DNA of 62,759 nt, filler included, from Circinaria calcarea (lineage: Eukaryota), in assembly GCA_051942165.1 (NCBI GenBank). It is 30 parts of 30 records of this genome, joined end to end, with 100 filler letters (N's around TTAATTAATTAA, not from the genome) between each part and the next. Parts side by side here need not be neighbours in the genome. Positions count along the whole stretch, not along the records: positions 10,521 to 12,522 come from JAVECS010003988.1; positions 12,623 to 14,623 come from JAVECS010003989.1; positions 14,724 to 16,724 come from JAVECS010003990.1; positions 16,825 to 18,824 come from JAVECS010003991.1; positions 18,925 to 20,924 come from JAVECS010003992.1; positions 21,025 to 23,023 come from JAVECS010003993.1; 24 more parts are not named here. One strand, written 5' to 3'. Within the stretch, counting starts at the first letter, position 1; the number at the start of each line of letters is the position of its first letter. The translations under genes and the position numbers were made by a program. This document shows positions 11,817 through 21,897 of this stretch, piece by piece. The notes under the pieces are model-generated. The model saw nothing but the letters and a program-made list of their open reading frames with translations. It made no database searches and had not been told where the DNA came from.

Positions 11817-12487
11817 ATGGTGCTGAGATTTTCGTCCATTGGTATGGAAGTTGGTAGTCGTATCCTGCAGACTATACGTCTAGTAATTCCAAAGCTGCTC
11901 CAGCCCCAGAATGGCCATCGATTCTTTTCTCAACGCCACGCGCCACTACGAGCTTTGGGCTCATCACCCCAACCGCGATTGCTACCTTTGCATTCCACTC
12001 GTTTCAGCAGTATCTCCTCAACACCTATAAATCCCGCAAAGTCCCCATCAACCACCTCAGAAGGCCCTACCAGGGAAGGAATCCCAGCTTACGAACTTAC
12101 CTTTACGTGTAAACCCTGCACAGGCCGCTCAACGCACCGCATATCGAAACAGGGATATCATAAGGGTACGGTCCTGATAACGTGTCCAGAGTGTAAGAAC
12201 AGACATATTATTAGTGATCACCTGAAAGTAGGTGACGTCGTCTTATATATCCATGATCCAAGAGGAGTCGGGCTGGCGCTATCATGATAGGTAGGAGCTA
12301 ATTGATGGCATTCCTGTAGATATTCTCCAACAAGTCTATGACGGTGGAGGATCTAATGCGAGAGAATGGTGATTTGGTAAAAAAGGGGACACTGGGCGTG
12401 GATGGAGATGTGGAGTTCTGGGACGATGGGAGCTCGACAACTAGGATTAAGAGAGAAGCGCCACCTGGAGAGGCACGGCTATACTAG
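11817..12487 (+). CDS. zim17: Mitochondrial Hsp70 escort protein Zim17/Hep1 (DNL zinc finger)
   Basis: [10 protein letters not shown]...[31 protein letters not shown]. Intron 12228-12319; exon 2 ends at TAG 12487. Basic, Ser-rich presequence. Divergent from cul3. Confidence 0.92.
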
Positions 12488-12622
12488 ATAATATATCCGA
12501 CTGCATGGACGGCGCTGGTATTNNNNNNNNNNNNNNNNNNNNNNNNNNNNNNNNNNNNNNNNNNNNTTAATTAATTAANNNNNNNNNNNNNNNNNNNNNN
12601 NNNNNNNNNNNNNNNNNNNNNN

Positions 12623-13098
12623 CCCAAACCACCCCAGCCCATATAACGCCACCAGACTCAGCCCCACCGGCAATGGTTTCCCGCTCTTCACAGCCCTAGG
12701 GATGGAGCTCCCGGCCAGGACGACAGATGCGAGGAGCGCGAGCTCGAGACCGTAGGGTTGGCGCGTGCGGATACGGTAGCCGCCGAGGGCATACTTGGCG
12801 TGTGAATGAGCGTCAGCACAGTGAGATAGACGAGGGGGTCGAGGTGGCCGAACTATGAAGAGAAGGCGAGGGAAGGAGTGAGGGAAACAAAGAGGGGGAA
12901 TGGGAAAGGGAACATACGAGTGCGCCAACGGTACAGCCTGCAGCTACCGAGGGCACGGAGCCCGTGCGGACGTAGCCGGTTATCCCGCCGCCGGCTGTGA
13001 GGAGGGCGAGGATGAAGGCAGGGGTGTCGTTGCCCTGATCTTCGGTTAGCACTAGGATAAGTGGAACGAAGGGGAAAGAGGGGAGATTGGCGTACCAT
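12623..13098 (-). CDS. TMEM14-family small membrane protein, 3'-truncated
   Basis: ATG-only coding exon 13098-13096; introns 13095-13035 and 12917-12794. Spliced product MGNDTPAFILALLTAGGGITGYVRTGSVPSVAAG...YGLELALLAS. Confidence 0.88.
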
Positions 13099-13486
13099 TG
13101 CAGATAAGGAGGCGGTGAAAAGATGTTGATTAGTAGTTTTGCGATGGTTTGTTGGTAGACGTAGTGGGTGAAATTGCTTGAAATTGGTGGGAGGGAAGTA
13201 TGTGAGGGGAGCTCCAAGCTATGATGCAAAATGGCTCGGCTGCCGTGGAATGCTCTACAGGTTACCATAGCCGCCTACCGTTAGCACTTTACACGAGATG
13301 ATCGCGCTAAAAGTTTCGCGGAGACGAATCGCGTGTTTGAGAAAGGGCGGACAACGTCATTCTGCATTTGTCTACAAAAGATTCTCATTTTGATCCTGAC
13401 CCCGGTTTAAAAGGCTTTCATCCTACCGGACGCAGAACCCTTCAATTTTCAACTCATATCCCGCAAACTACCAATTCATCACTACA

Positions 13487-14293
13487 ATGCCGCCCTCCGA
13501 CCACACCAGCACTCACATACACAAACGTCCTTTTCAACCAAGCACAGCATCCTCCTTCTCCTCATCCCCATATCAATCCATTTCAACTCCGCTCCTCCCA
13601 CCTTCAATCCAATCCTCCCTCCTAAACCTTGGCATGCGGATCCGAAAATCCGTCCCCGAAGGCTACAAAACCGTCCCGAAACACAATTCCACCGCGTCTC
13701 AGACCCTTCCCCACTCTCCACTTCGTCAATACAATAAACCCCAAGAACTCTCCCCCTTCTGCGGTCTCCACAAGATCGGCGATCTCTGCTCTCAACCTCC
13801 CGCAACACCGATATCCGTATCGCGGGATGAAGAAGAGGAGGAAAATTCAGAGATCGACCTGCCACAACTGCTCTTCAGCGAGGAAGATGGCTACGACTTC
13901 AGTCCGGCGTCAAGTCAGGAGTCTACTCCCGAAAAAGAACGAAATTTGACTATGCTGGATCCGCTCGCTTCCACTCCACTCGTTTGGCCGTCAAAAAAGC
14001 GTGTCTGGGATGAGAATGGGGGAGAAGAGAAAGGGGAGGACGACGACGTCGGACTAGTTGCATTAATGGAACAAGACCACCAAATGCCTTCCTTCGTTAC
14101 AACTTCCCCATCTTATCCTACGCATCATCTCCGCACCCTCGCACAGCCAAAGACGAGACGAAAACTATTCTGCTCAGAGACTTTGGATCCTAAGCTCCAA
14201 CTAGGGGGTACGGAGGTCGACTTTGCCGAAGCGGCTTTTTTCAACGTGGAGGAGTGGAGGTCCCGTCACCGGGAAAGTAAGATGGAGATGTAG
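13487..14293 (+). CDS. Ribonucleotide reductase inhibitor family protein (Spd1/Dif1-like)
   Basis: Contains IQSSLLNLGMRIRKSVPEGYKT, the Spd1-type motif, followed by ELSPFCGLHKIG. The rest is low-complexity. Confidence 0.85.
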   Translation: MPPSDHTSTHIHKRPFQPSTASSFSSSPYQSISTPLLPPSIQSSLLNLGMRIRKSVPEGYKTVPKHNSTASQTLPHSPLRQYNKPQELSPFCGLHKIGDLCSQPPATPISVSRDEEEEENSEIDLPQLLFSEEDGYDFSPASSQESTPEKERNLTMLDPLASTPLVWPSKKRVWDENGGEEKGEDDDVGLVALMEQDHQMPSFVTTSPSYPTHHLRTLAQPKTRRKLFCSETLDPKLQLGGTEVDFAEAAFFNVEEWRSRHRESKMEM

Positions 14294-14723
14294 AAAATCC
14301 ATCATAAAGGGAAGTAGTCAGTCTTTAGATTTGCCAGTGTATGCTCGACTGTTCCAAAGTCCAACAAATTCCCTACCCCCCTTTCCCCTACAACCAGGCA
14401 GCCATAGTGAAAACAAATATTCATCCCTTAGTTTCCCATCCTCAACACCCCTATCTAATAAACTCTCTGAAGAATCACCGCACCCCAAAACCTCCCCACC
14501 CAAAGAGATTTTCTCCACTCTTATAGGTTACCCTCCACGCTACGCCTATCCCCCTTTTACGTATCCTCCCTTCTCCTCACCCAAATTCCCTCACCCAAAT
14601 TCCTTTATCCACATCCCCATCCCNNNNNNNNNNNNNNNNNNNNNNNNNNNNNNNNNNNNNNNNNNNNTTAATTAATTAANNNNNNNNNNNNNNNNNNNNN
14701 NNNNNNNNNNNNNNNNNNNNNNN

Positions 14724-15116
14724 ATTACCGAGGAATGGGGCTCGGAGAATCTCCAGCTAATACTAGCTGTGGATGGCAACTCAGCTTGGGGAGCGTACGA
14801 CTTCGGCATGTTCGAAGGAATCATAAACTTCCCTCTCCGCCCCTTTTCCGCAAGCGAGGAACCACTCATGTGTCACTGGCGCGGACGGGATAACGGAGAG
14901 GGGGAAATGAGGTTTGGAGACGGCAATGTTGGTAGTGTGCAGTTCTTGGGTGGTGGGAACATCCATGGGACGCTCAATCTGGTGGGTGACTGTGAGTTCT
15001 GGGGTTCGAGAAGGCCCGGACCGGCGTACACACCGAGGAGTGTGGCGAGCTACAGACAGGAGTGGAATTCGTACAATGAGGATGCGTATGAGGAAGAACG
15101 GGTTGGCCGGTGGTAA
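14724..15116 (+). CDS. Conserved fungal hypothetical protein, C-terminal fragment
   Basis: Open from the contig edge: WGAYDFGMFEGII...WRGRDNGEGEM...WNSYNEDAYEEERVGRW*. Function unknown. Confidence 0.7.
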   Translation: MTEEWGSENLQLILAVDGNSAWGAYDFGMFEGIINFPLRPFSASEEPLMCHWRGRDNGEGEMRFGDGNVGSVQFLGGGNIHGTLNLVGDCEFWGSRRPGPAYTPRSVASYRQEWNSYNEDAYEEERVGRW

Positions 15117-15417
15117 ACATGTGCGTTCCCTCGTTTTGAATGTTGGTATTATTGGATTGGAAAGGCCTTCACTGTTGATATGGCGTGTCCTGGAATTCTG
15201 GGACATGGGATTTCGATATAAGCAGAGTCGGTTGACTTATTACCCATCTTCCGTCCATTGAGCTCCATTTCCCGTCGCTGCGGTGGTCTTTTGACATTTT
15301 AAGCATTGCTAAATCATATATACAATAGAGGAAAGCTTACAGACCATTAGCAGACGAGGACCTATACATCGTTCGATGGAGACTATATAGGAGGTCCGAT
15401 TAGACTCCTAAATTAAT

Positions 15418-15449
15418 CCTCCTCCTCCTCCTCCTCCTCCTCCTCCTCC
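15418..15449. repeat. (CCT)n microsatellite
   Basis: About 10 CCT units. Confidence 0.9.
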
Positions 15450-16319
15450 ACGATGCCAACAAAATAATCCGAGCCCCTTTTTCTTTTTGTCCTGGAAGAT
15501 CCTATCCCGGGGCGGGCACTAAGCTCAGCCAAGCCTTTTAATTTAATGCAAGCAACTAATCGAGGCGAGCGCCAGCGAAACCTGAGCAAAGAGAAACAAA
15601 CGGGGCTGCCAAAAACCAGCTAGATAGATGCGAAACCAAACCGGAACGGAACTGCTGGGAGAATATCTAGGGCTGTGAGGGGCGGTGCGCACTGTGATTT
15701 CCCTGGTACGGTTATTCGTTGTGTTGCGGCAAGAATACTCAAATGGACGTGTAAATGATATGTGCTTCAAGGGAGAGAGAGAGAGCCCTGTCATTTCATA
15801 CGGTAAGGGGGGGCATTATTTGATTGGATTTGCAGCTTTTCAACCCCAAATTCCTCGGGCAGATGTTCTTTTCTTCTTTTTTTCCCTCGAGGGCCAAGTC
15901 AAATAAATAAAAATCAGGCCGAGCCACCCGATCTACTTATCCACGGGATATTTGGTTACGGCTTTATTGTTGTTTTATTTATTATAAGAGAATTTTTTCC
16001 TCAAGGCGAGAGCTCGAAGAGGGGGGTAAGATCTGGAATGGAGATTGGTAGGACAAAAGTCATACACCAGAACTTGGGAATGATACAAGGCGTGGCAATG
16101 ATTAAAGGGCTTTGTAAATAAGTACTTCTAAGTACCAGACACTATGAAATCGTTGGGTATGTTCCCAGGTCTTGCTTCCATGTCTTACAAACACAACCGT
16201 TGTATCTTTGATTGATTAGGCCTCTCGAGATGCCACGGCAATCAGCCAAAGATGACCGCCAAGCCTGATCCATGCTATGCCCTCAACCATAAGAAACCAG
16301 AGGTATTAACGCAACACAT

Positions 16320-16724
16320 TCAGCTTTCTTTTCTTTTGCCGTCCCCGTCCTTGACCCTCCGATCCAGAATTTCATCCACGATCCCAATCTCCAAGGCCTC
16401 TTCGGCACTCAGAAACTTATCCCTCTCCATCAAGCGCTCAATCTCCTCCAAACTATGCTCCCGGGTCAAATGCCTCTTGTAAATGCCATTCAACTGCTCC
16501 CGCACCCTCAAGATCTCCTTGGCATGAATCGCAATGTCGCTCGCCTGCCCGAAATAGCCCCCGCTCGGCTGATGGATCATGACGCTGCTGTGCGGCAACG
16601 CAAAGCGCTTCTTGGGCGCGCCGCCGCACAGCAGCAGGGAGCCCATGGACGCGGCTTGGCCGACGCAGATGGTGGTGACGGGCGAGGCGATGTAGGTCAT
16701 TGTGTCGTAGATGGCGAGGCCGGC
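16320..16724 (-). CDS. clpP: Mitochondrial ClpP protease proteolytic subunit, C-terminal part
   Basis: [20 protein letters not shown] (catalytic Ser), MIHQPSGG (His) and [19 protein letters not shown] (Asp). Confidence 0.95.
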   Translation of the reverse strand, partial: AGLAIYDTMTYIASPVTTICVGQAASMGSLLLCGGAPKKRFALPHSSVMIHQPSGGYFGQASDIAIHAKEILRVREQLNGIYKRHLTREHSLEEIERLMERDKFLSAEEALEIGIVDEILDRRVKDGDGKRKES

Positions 16725-16923
16725 NNNNNNNNNNNNNNNNNNNNNNNNNNNNNNNNNNNNNNNNNNNNTTAATTAATTAANNNNNNNNNNNNNNNNNNNN
16801 NNNNNNNNNNNNNNNNNNNNNNNNGCGATTGTATACCGAGATTATTATTAACGCTTTAATTTTTATCTTAATGAAAATAATTATTATATAATTCATTAAA
16901 CGTAATTAATAAATATTTAATTA

Positions 16924-16969
16924 GAGTCATGACCCCAGATATGCACCAACCCCAGATATGCACCACTTT
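16924..16969 (+). repeat. Terminal inverted repeat (46 bp) with internal 17-bp direct repeat ACCCCAGATATGCACCA x2
   Basis: Exact reverse complement of 18731-18776. Confidence 0.97.
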
Positions 16970-16976
16970 TTCAGCT

Positions 16977-18692
16977 TTATGCTCGCGATCGCGTTGCGTA
17001 TCGCCTATAAGGAGCTGCCTCTTCATCTGAACTACTAGATGTGTTCTCTAGGTCTTCAGCTTCGATCTCATCCTCAGATTCTACTACCACGACTTTTTGT
17101 GGGCGACCTCGCGGGCGTTTTGTCATGCGCTTCACTTCCGCCTCGCGTGCGACTTGCAGTACTTCCTCGGTTGTATATAGCAAGACCCCATCTAATTTGA
17201 CTCTTTTACCCCGAGATCTTTTATTACGCTTATGAAGAAGCTGGGATTGCTCGGCGAGCTGCTTAGCTTGAATAGCTATGGTAGTGTTCTGCGATTCGCA
17301 TAGGCGGGTCATACGATCCGCATAGCGTTTCACCGGTGATAATATTGAGGGATTATCGCGCAGTGTTTCGGTAAACTTTTTATTCGCCGTTAAGAGTTCG
17401 ACAGGCTCTGGAGGAGAGCTTTGAAGTAACGAAAGATCTAAATCGTTTGTTTCGGGGGGTGTACGCGGCTTAGAAGCTGTAAAAGTCGCCTCGCGGGGTA
17501 GGCTTCGGAGGACTCGCATGGGCATCGCAGGCGATAAACCTGCGCCTCGCCATCCAGCAAGGATGTTCTTTTTAGTGACGGCTTTTTCGCGTGCTCGGGC
17601 AAGTAATTCGATCCATTCGGCGCGTGGTAAGCGTTGAGAACTGAGTCGGGAGATCGCATGCGTCTCGCTTGTGTGACACCGTTTAAACGCAGCGAACACG
17701 CCGACATCGAGCGGTTGAAGGATATGAGAACAATGAGGAGGCATAATAAGCAAATCGATATCATGCTTTATACAATACGCAATGAAATCGGCCTGAATAT
17801 GACTTCCATGCCCATCAGCGATCAGTAAACGCCTACGACCCGCAGCTTTCTCGCATGTTAACGGATTGAAAATCGTCCTTAACCAGTGTAATCCGATATT
17901 ATTTGATGTCCAGCCGTTTTGACTGGTTGCGAAATACCAGCTATTTGGTGTCTGATCCGAAATCCAGCGTGTATTCATATTCTTACCCTTGAATATCAAA
18001 AGAGGTGGGAGCGACTCGCCTGCGGCACTGATACTTTCAATATCTGTTACCCACTCCTGTTTACCTGCCACGACCTTATGTTTTTGTACACTATCAAGGT
18101 GTATTAACACCTTGATAGTCTGTTCTTCGCCGATACCGAAACCGGATTCGTCCATATTCCATACATTCGAAAGATCATAATTATGATCTTTGAACTGCGA
18201 GGCGACTGCGTTAAACCAGCGCTCCACCCGTTCATAGGTTGCGCCTTCGAATCGTGCGTGCTCTAATTGACGGGCGAATACTGTTTGTATCTCAGGATGT
18301 CGGTTTTTGAAACGATAGAGCCATTTATCATTGATAGATTGAACTTCAGTGGGGGGTATATAGTTTCGAGACGCGTGCGTGACGCGTGCGCATCGCAGCT
18401 GGTACGCAAGATCTCTCAATAACGAGTTGGTGAGAGCAGCTCCGGTGATGGTATATTGTTTAATCCATCGTACTAATGTAGATTCTTCGACATTTGTGAG
18501 AATCTGCTGCGTTTCGTGGGCTTGAGTGTGCGATAAGCCTGCGCGGCGCCTGCGAACCAATATCGAATGGTCTACTTCGAAGTGGCGGGCTGCGGCTCTA
18601 ATAGATGGAAACGCGTCGTTTTCTAATGCTAATAAAGCCTTTTGAATCTGATCTTCACGATTTAAAGATTTTGAAACACTGTTTCGAGGCAT
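16977..18692 (-). CDS. Pogo/Fot1 transposase (HTH_psq + CENP-B HTH + DDE_1, DD35D)
   Basis: 571 aa, uninterrupted. SIRAAARHFEV HTH, WLYRFKNRH, NMDESGF, and LIADGHGSH...LQPLDVGVF with 35 residues between D2 and D3. C-terminal AT-hook-like KRPRGRPQK. Confidence 0.96.
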   Translation of the reverse strand: MPRNSVSKSLNREDQIQKALLALENDAFPSIRAAARHFEVDHSILVRRRRAGLSHTQAHETQQILTNVEESTLVRWIKQYTITGAALTNSLLRDLAYQLRCARVTHASRNYIPPTEVQSINDKWLYRFKNRHPEIQTVFARQLEHARFEGATYERVERWFNAVASQFKDHNYDLSNVWNMDESGFGIGEEQTIKVLIHLDSVQKHKVVAGKQEWVTDIESISAAGESLPPLLIFKGKNMNTRWISDQTPNSWYFATSQNGWTSNNIGLHWLRTIFNPLTCEKAAGRRRLLIADGHGSHIQADFIAYCIKHDIDLLIMPPHCSHILQPLDVGVFAAFKRCHTSETHAISRLSSQRLPRAEWIELLARAREKAVTKKNILAGWRGAGLSPAMPMRVLRSLPREATFTASKPRTPPETNDLDLSLLQSSPPEPVELLTANKKFTETLRDNPSILSPVKRYADRMTRLCESQNTTIAIQAKQLAEQSQLLHKRNKRSRGKRVKLDGVLLYTTEEVLQVAREAEVKRMTKRPRGRPQKVVVVESEDEIEAEDLENTSSSSDEEAAPYRRYATRSRA

Positions 18693-18730
18693 TGCTAAAA
18701 GTATCGCGTGTTGTATGCGAAAAGAATGTT

Positions 18731-18776
18731 AAAGTGGTGCATATCTGGGGTTGGTGCATATCTGGGGTCATGACTC
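18731..18776 (-). repeat. Terminal inverted repeat (46 bp)
   Basis: Exact reverse complement of 16924-16969. Confidence 0.97.
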
Positions 18777-19270
18777 TACGGAAATATATTTTTATTTTCG
18801 AATCGGATTTAATCAGAATTATATNNNNNNNNNNNNNNNNNNNNNNNNNNNNNNNNNNNNNNNNNNNNTTAATTAATTAANNNNNNNNNNNNNNNNNNNN
18901 NNNNNNNNNNNNNNNNNNNNNNNNGGGGGGGGCTGAATGATTTTCACTCCGAACCTTTTATTCAAGGGCTAACTAGTGTGTGGAGTTCACAATTATGTTT
19001 TATCGGGGGCAGTCAGTGCACTTGGTCTTTAAAACTCATATGATTAAGAAAAGCTGGTATTAGAATCACACTACCCTAAGCTGGCCCTGAAATGCGCCGG
19101 AACGCCAATGCCCACGGCAATCCCATATGTCCTACACCATTTATCGGCCCGATCCGTGTGCAAGGATGTCGCCACTGCTTTCTGTATAGCATCGCCGCCT
19201 GGTACGCTCTATCCGTAGTCCCCATATCCGCGTGCCAGTTTCACCTTGCGTATGTGCGCTCTGTAAGATA

Positions 19271-20023
19271 TTATGACGAGGGCATATGCTCTAGTCGCCA
19301 ATCATTTCGTTTGGGTTGGATGAGGGGATGCAATTGAGCGAGGAACGTGATTGCTAGGCTGAATGTCAGCACCACTTCTTGTTCTTGTTCTTGTTCTTGA
19401 GCTGGGCGATCGATGGCAGAACCAAAAGCCACCATAGATGGGGAGGAGGAAATCAAGACGTACCCCACATCAAGTAACAGCTCGCAAAACTTAGTACGAG
19501 CGTACTGCGCCAGACACTGTAAGCACCGGTATAGCAAGTCAGCCTCCATTCCCTGATGCACCGCTTCTTCTTCTCAAACAGCCCCCGATTCGCCTCGACT
19601 TGCGCGCCTTGAATTTCTCCTCCAAGTATCCCCCTTGGGAGTCTTGAAGTGTGAATTCTCATGGGCCCCCCCGGGGGAACTTGCTCGTTTCTAGGCAAGG
19701 GATGGAAAGGGAGAGATAGCTGGTCCAGGAGGGAGGGTGGTCTCTCGAGAGAAACAGGTTATGGACGTACGTTTGATTCTCCCCCTTGGGACAAAAGAAC
19801 CAAGCCACCAGAGCGAAAACGGCAACCACGAGGAGACCGACAAGGAGGCTCCAACTAGATTTGTTGGGAAAAAAAGGCAGCCCCGGTTAGCGAAAGACTC
19901 GGAAGTATTTACTCAGACAGACAGGAGGAGGAGAGAGGGCAGATGGGGGGCGGGGAAGGAAGAGTGGAACTGGGGACTGGGACTGGGACTGGGTTCCGGA
20001 CGAAATACATACGCATTTGCCAT
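19271..20023 (-). CDS. vma9: V-ATPase V0 subunit e, complete, 4 exons
   Basis: Exons 20023-20013, 19854-19771, 19516-19464 and 19353-19271 give MANAWSLLVGLLVVAVFALVAWFFCPKGENQTVWRSTLVLSFASCYLMWAITFLAQLHPLIQPKRNDWRLEHMPSS*. Confidence 0.95.
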
Positions 20024-20680
20024 GTTGTTGAAAAGAAAAGGCTGCGGTGAGTCGAATCTGTTGCTTACGCGGTATCGACTAACTTGGCGATGGCATACGA
20101 AAAATTCGTCACGCTCGTGTCGTCAGGATGGAGGTTCAGAGTAAAAGCGGCGATTGAGGATGGAAGGTATGGCGAGGTGCAAAGCGGACGAGATGCTATT
20201 GGCCAATGAACCGAGTATTCTGCGGTCAACTTCAGGATGCTGTCCCTCGACTACAGTGGAAAATTCATCTCTCTTCTTTCACTCTTAAGCCTACCTATCG
20301 CTATCCTCGCCTCTACGACGTTCGGAGCATGCACGGCTCTGCCGTCAGCCTTATGGAATTCCTAAATTGGTAGCTATAACTCCCGGGGAACGTAACAGCC
20401 GAAAGCTCGATCGCTGGAGAGGAATCGGTTAGGTATCCGGTCCAAGCGGCTTGAACCTCGCAAGCATATAAATGATTACTCAACTTCGCAAGCGGAGATG
20501 GCACTGGGATTTCAAACACACGCCAGTCGTGGATTAGATTGCCGCGGGCGATATGGACTGGCTTGGCTATAGCCTGAGAAAAATATCGGGCTTTCCCTCA
20601 TAGTCTATTTACTTTTAGCGAAAGGAACAGCCCCGAGGAGAGCTGCCCCCTAATCGCCGTCAGGTCAGAGGCCCAATGTT

Positions 20681-20923
20681 TCATCGCCCGAGCAACGCAA
20701 TCATGCCTTGATCACCCACAACAACCATCCACTCCCCACCCACGCTCCATGCCACCTGTCTAGCTGCGAATGTCACCTTCGGAACAGTAATGGTTTTGTG
20801 CGGAAGGAGCGGCTTGAAAGGATTGTCCACGGCAAATTTTAACTTCATGCGGGGAGCTCCCCGGCCTAGAGACTCTTCGGGTGCGATGTTCAATGCCGAG
20901 GAAGAGGTAGTGGTGGTGGATGC
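20681..20923 (-). CDS. eed: WD40 protein C-terminus, probably PRC2 subunit EED/ESC
   Basis: A Ser/Thr-rich insert followed by DNPFKPLLPHK...FAARQVAWSVGGEWMVVVG, resembling fungal EED C-termini as recalled. Confidence 0.62.
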   Translation of the reverse strand, partial: ASTTTTSSSALNIAPEESLGRGAPRMKLKFAVDNPFKPLLPHKTITVPKVTFAARQVAWSVGGEWMVVVGDQGMIALLGR

Positions 20924-21026
20924 ANNNNNNNNNNNNNNNNNNNNNNNNNNNNNNNNNNNNNNNNNNNNTTAATTAATTAANNNNNNNNNNNNNNNNNNNN
21001 NNNNNNNNNNNNNNNNNNNNNNNNTG

Positions 21027-21251
21027 ATTTTGTGGGATTTCTTATTCGCGTACGGCGTCCATCTAAATATCCTTTGCATTGTAGCACAGCTGGTGCTGAT
21101 GCGGGAGGAGGTGTTGGGAAGTAAAAGCCCGGGAACGTTACTGAGGGGCTTCCCGGCATTAAAAGCAAGGGAAGTGGTGGGTCTCGCGGTCAGTTTTGTC
21201 GAAAAGATTCCGAGTAGGGAGTATGGGGAATTGGTGGAGCATGGTAAATGA
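21027..21251 (+). CDS. bub2: Bub2/Cdc16 TBC-domain GAP (MEN/SIN), C-terminal fragment
   Basis: LWDFLFAYGVHLNILCIVAQL...SP..LLRGFPAL...Y.ELVEH. Confidence 0.85.
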   Translation: MLWDFLFAYGVHLNILCIVAQLVLMREEVLGSKSPGTLLRGFPALKAREVVGLAVSFVEKIPSREYGELVEHGK

Positions 21252-21652
21252 AATGTGAAAAAGATAGATACAAGGTCAGGAAAAAATAATGTTCGGATAT
21301 CTATGCAAAGATATTTTCAAAACTCCTTTAACCCGGCTAAAGTCGGGTCCATCTTTCTCGTCTCTGTTTGATCGATCTATTCATAAGTCCAGATCTAAAA
21401 CCCTCCGCCACCCCCCCTCCCCCTCCTGAAAACCGGGCTTTGCCGGAAATAGCGAAAAAAAAGCGTGACAATGTTTATGCTTAGGGAGCTCGTGGAGAAG
21501 GAAGACGGGGGAAGAGCAGCTCCATATCTCAGCGATCCCCCCGAAGTATTCTCCCACGCGTGGGAGCGCTATCAAGGCAAATAGGGGATATCGCCAGGAT
21601 CGGGTTCAAATCCCAACAGCGCGCTGCTTTTGGTGGCTCCGGGTGGGTTTCC

Positions 21653-21694
21653 CCGTCCGGTTTTCTCCGTCCGGTTTTCTCCGTCCGGTTTTCT
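21653..21694. repeat. Tandem repeat (CCGTCCGGTTTTCT)x3
   Basis: Three perfect 14-bp units. Confidence 0.85.
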
Positions 21695-21897
21695 ATATTA
21701 GGCTGTTAAGGCTTATTATTTAACCACAATTGAGGTTTAATGCTCGAAGGTGCGTTTAATGGATAATAAAAGAAGAATGTTATAGGGATAGAAGGAGTGA
21801 ATTATCTATGGCGGGGCAAGAACAATATAGCGAATGCGATATTTAGGTTTAGGCAAGCACGTTGGGGACGATTAAATAACACTTGCTGACCTTTGGT

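Larger units (their letters stand above)
16924..18776 (-). mobile_element. Complete Fot1/pogo-type (Tc1/mariner superfamily) DNA transposon, 1853 bp
   Basis: Perfect 46-bp TIRs at 16924-16969 and 18731-18776, TA on both sides (16922-16923, 18777-18778), and one intact transposase ORF. Confidence 0.97.

Noticed and set aside
21565..21625. tRNA-like B-box GGTTCAAATCCC
   Set aside because: No A-box, D-arm or anticodon arm; the candidate is only ~59 nt with mismatched stems. At most an isolated TFIIIC-type site.
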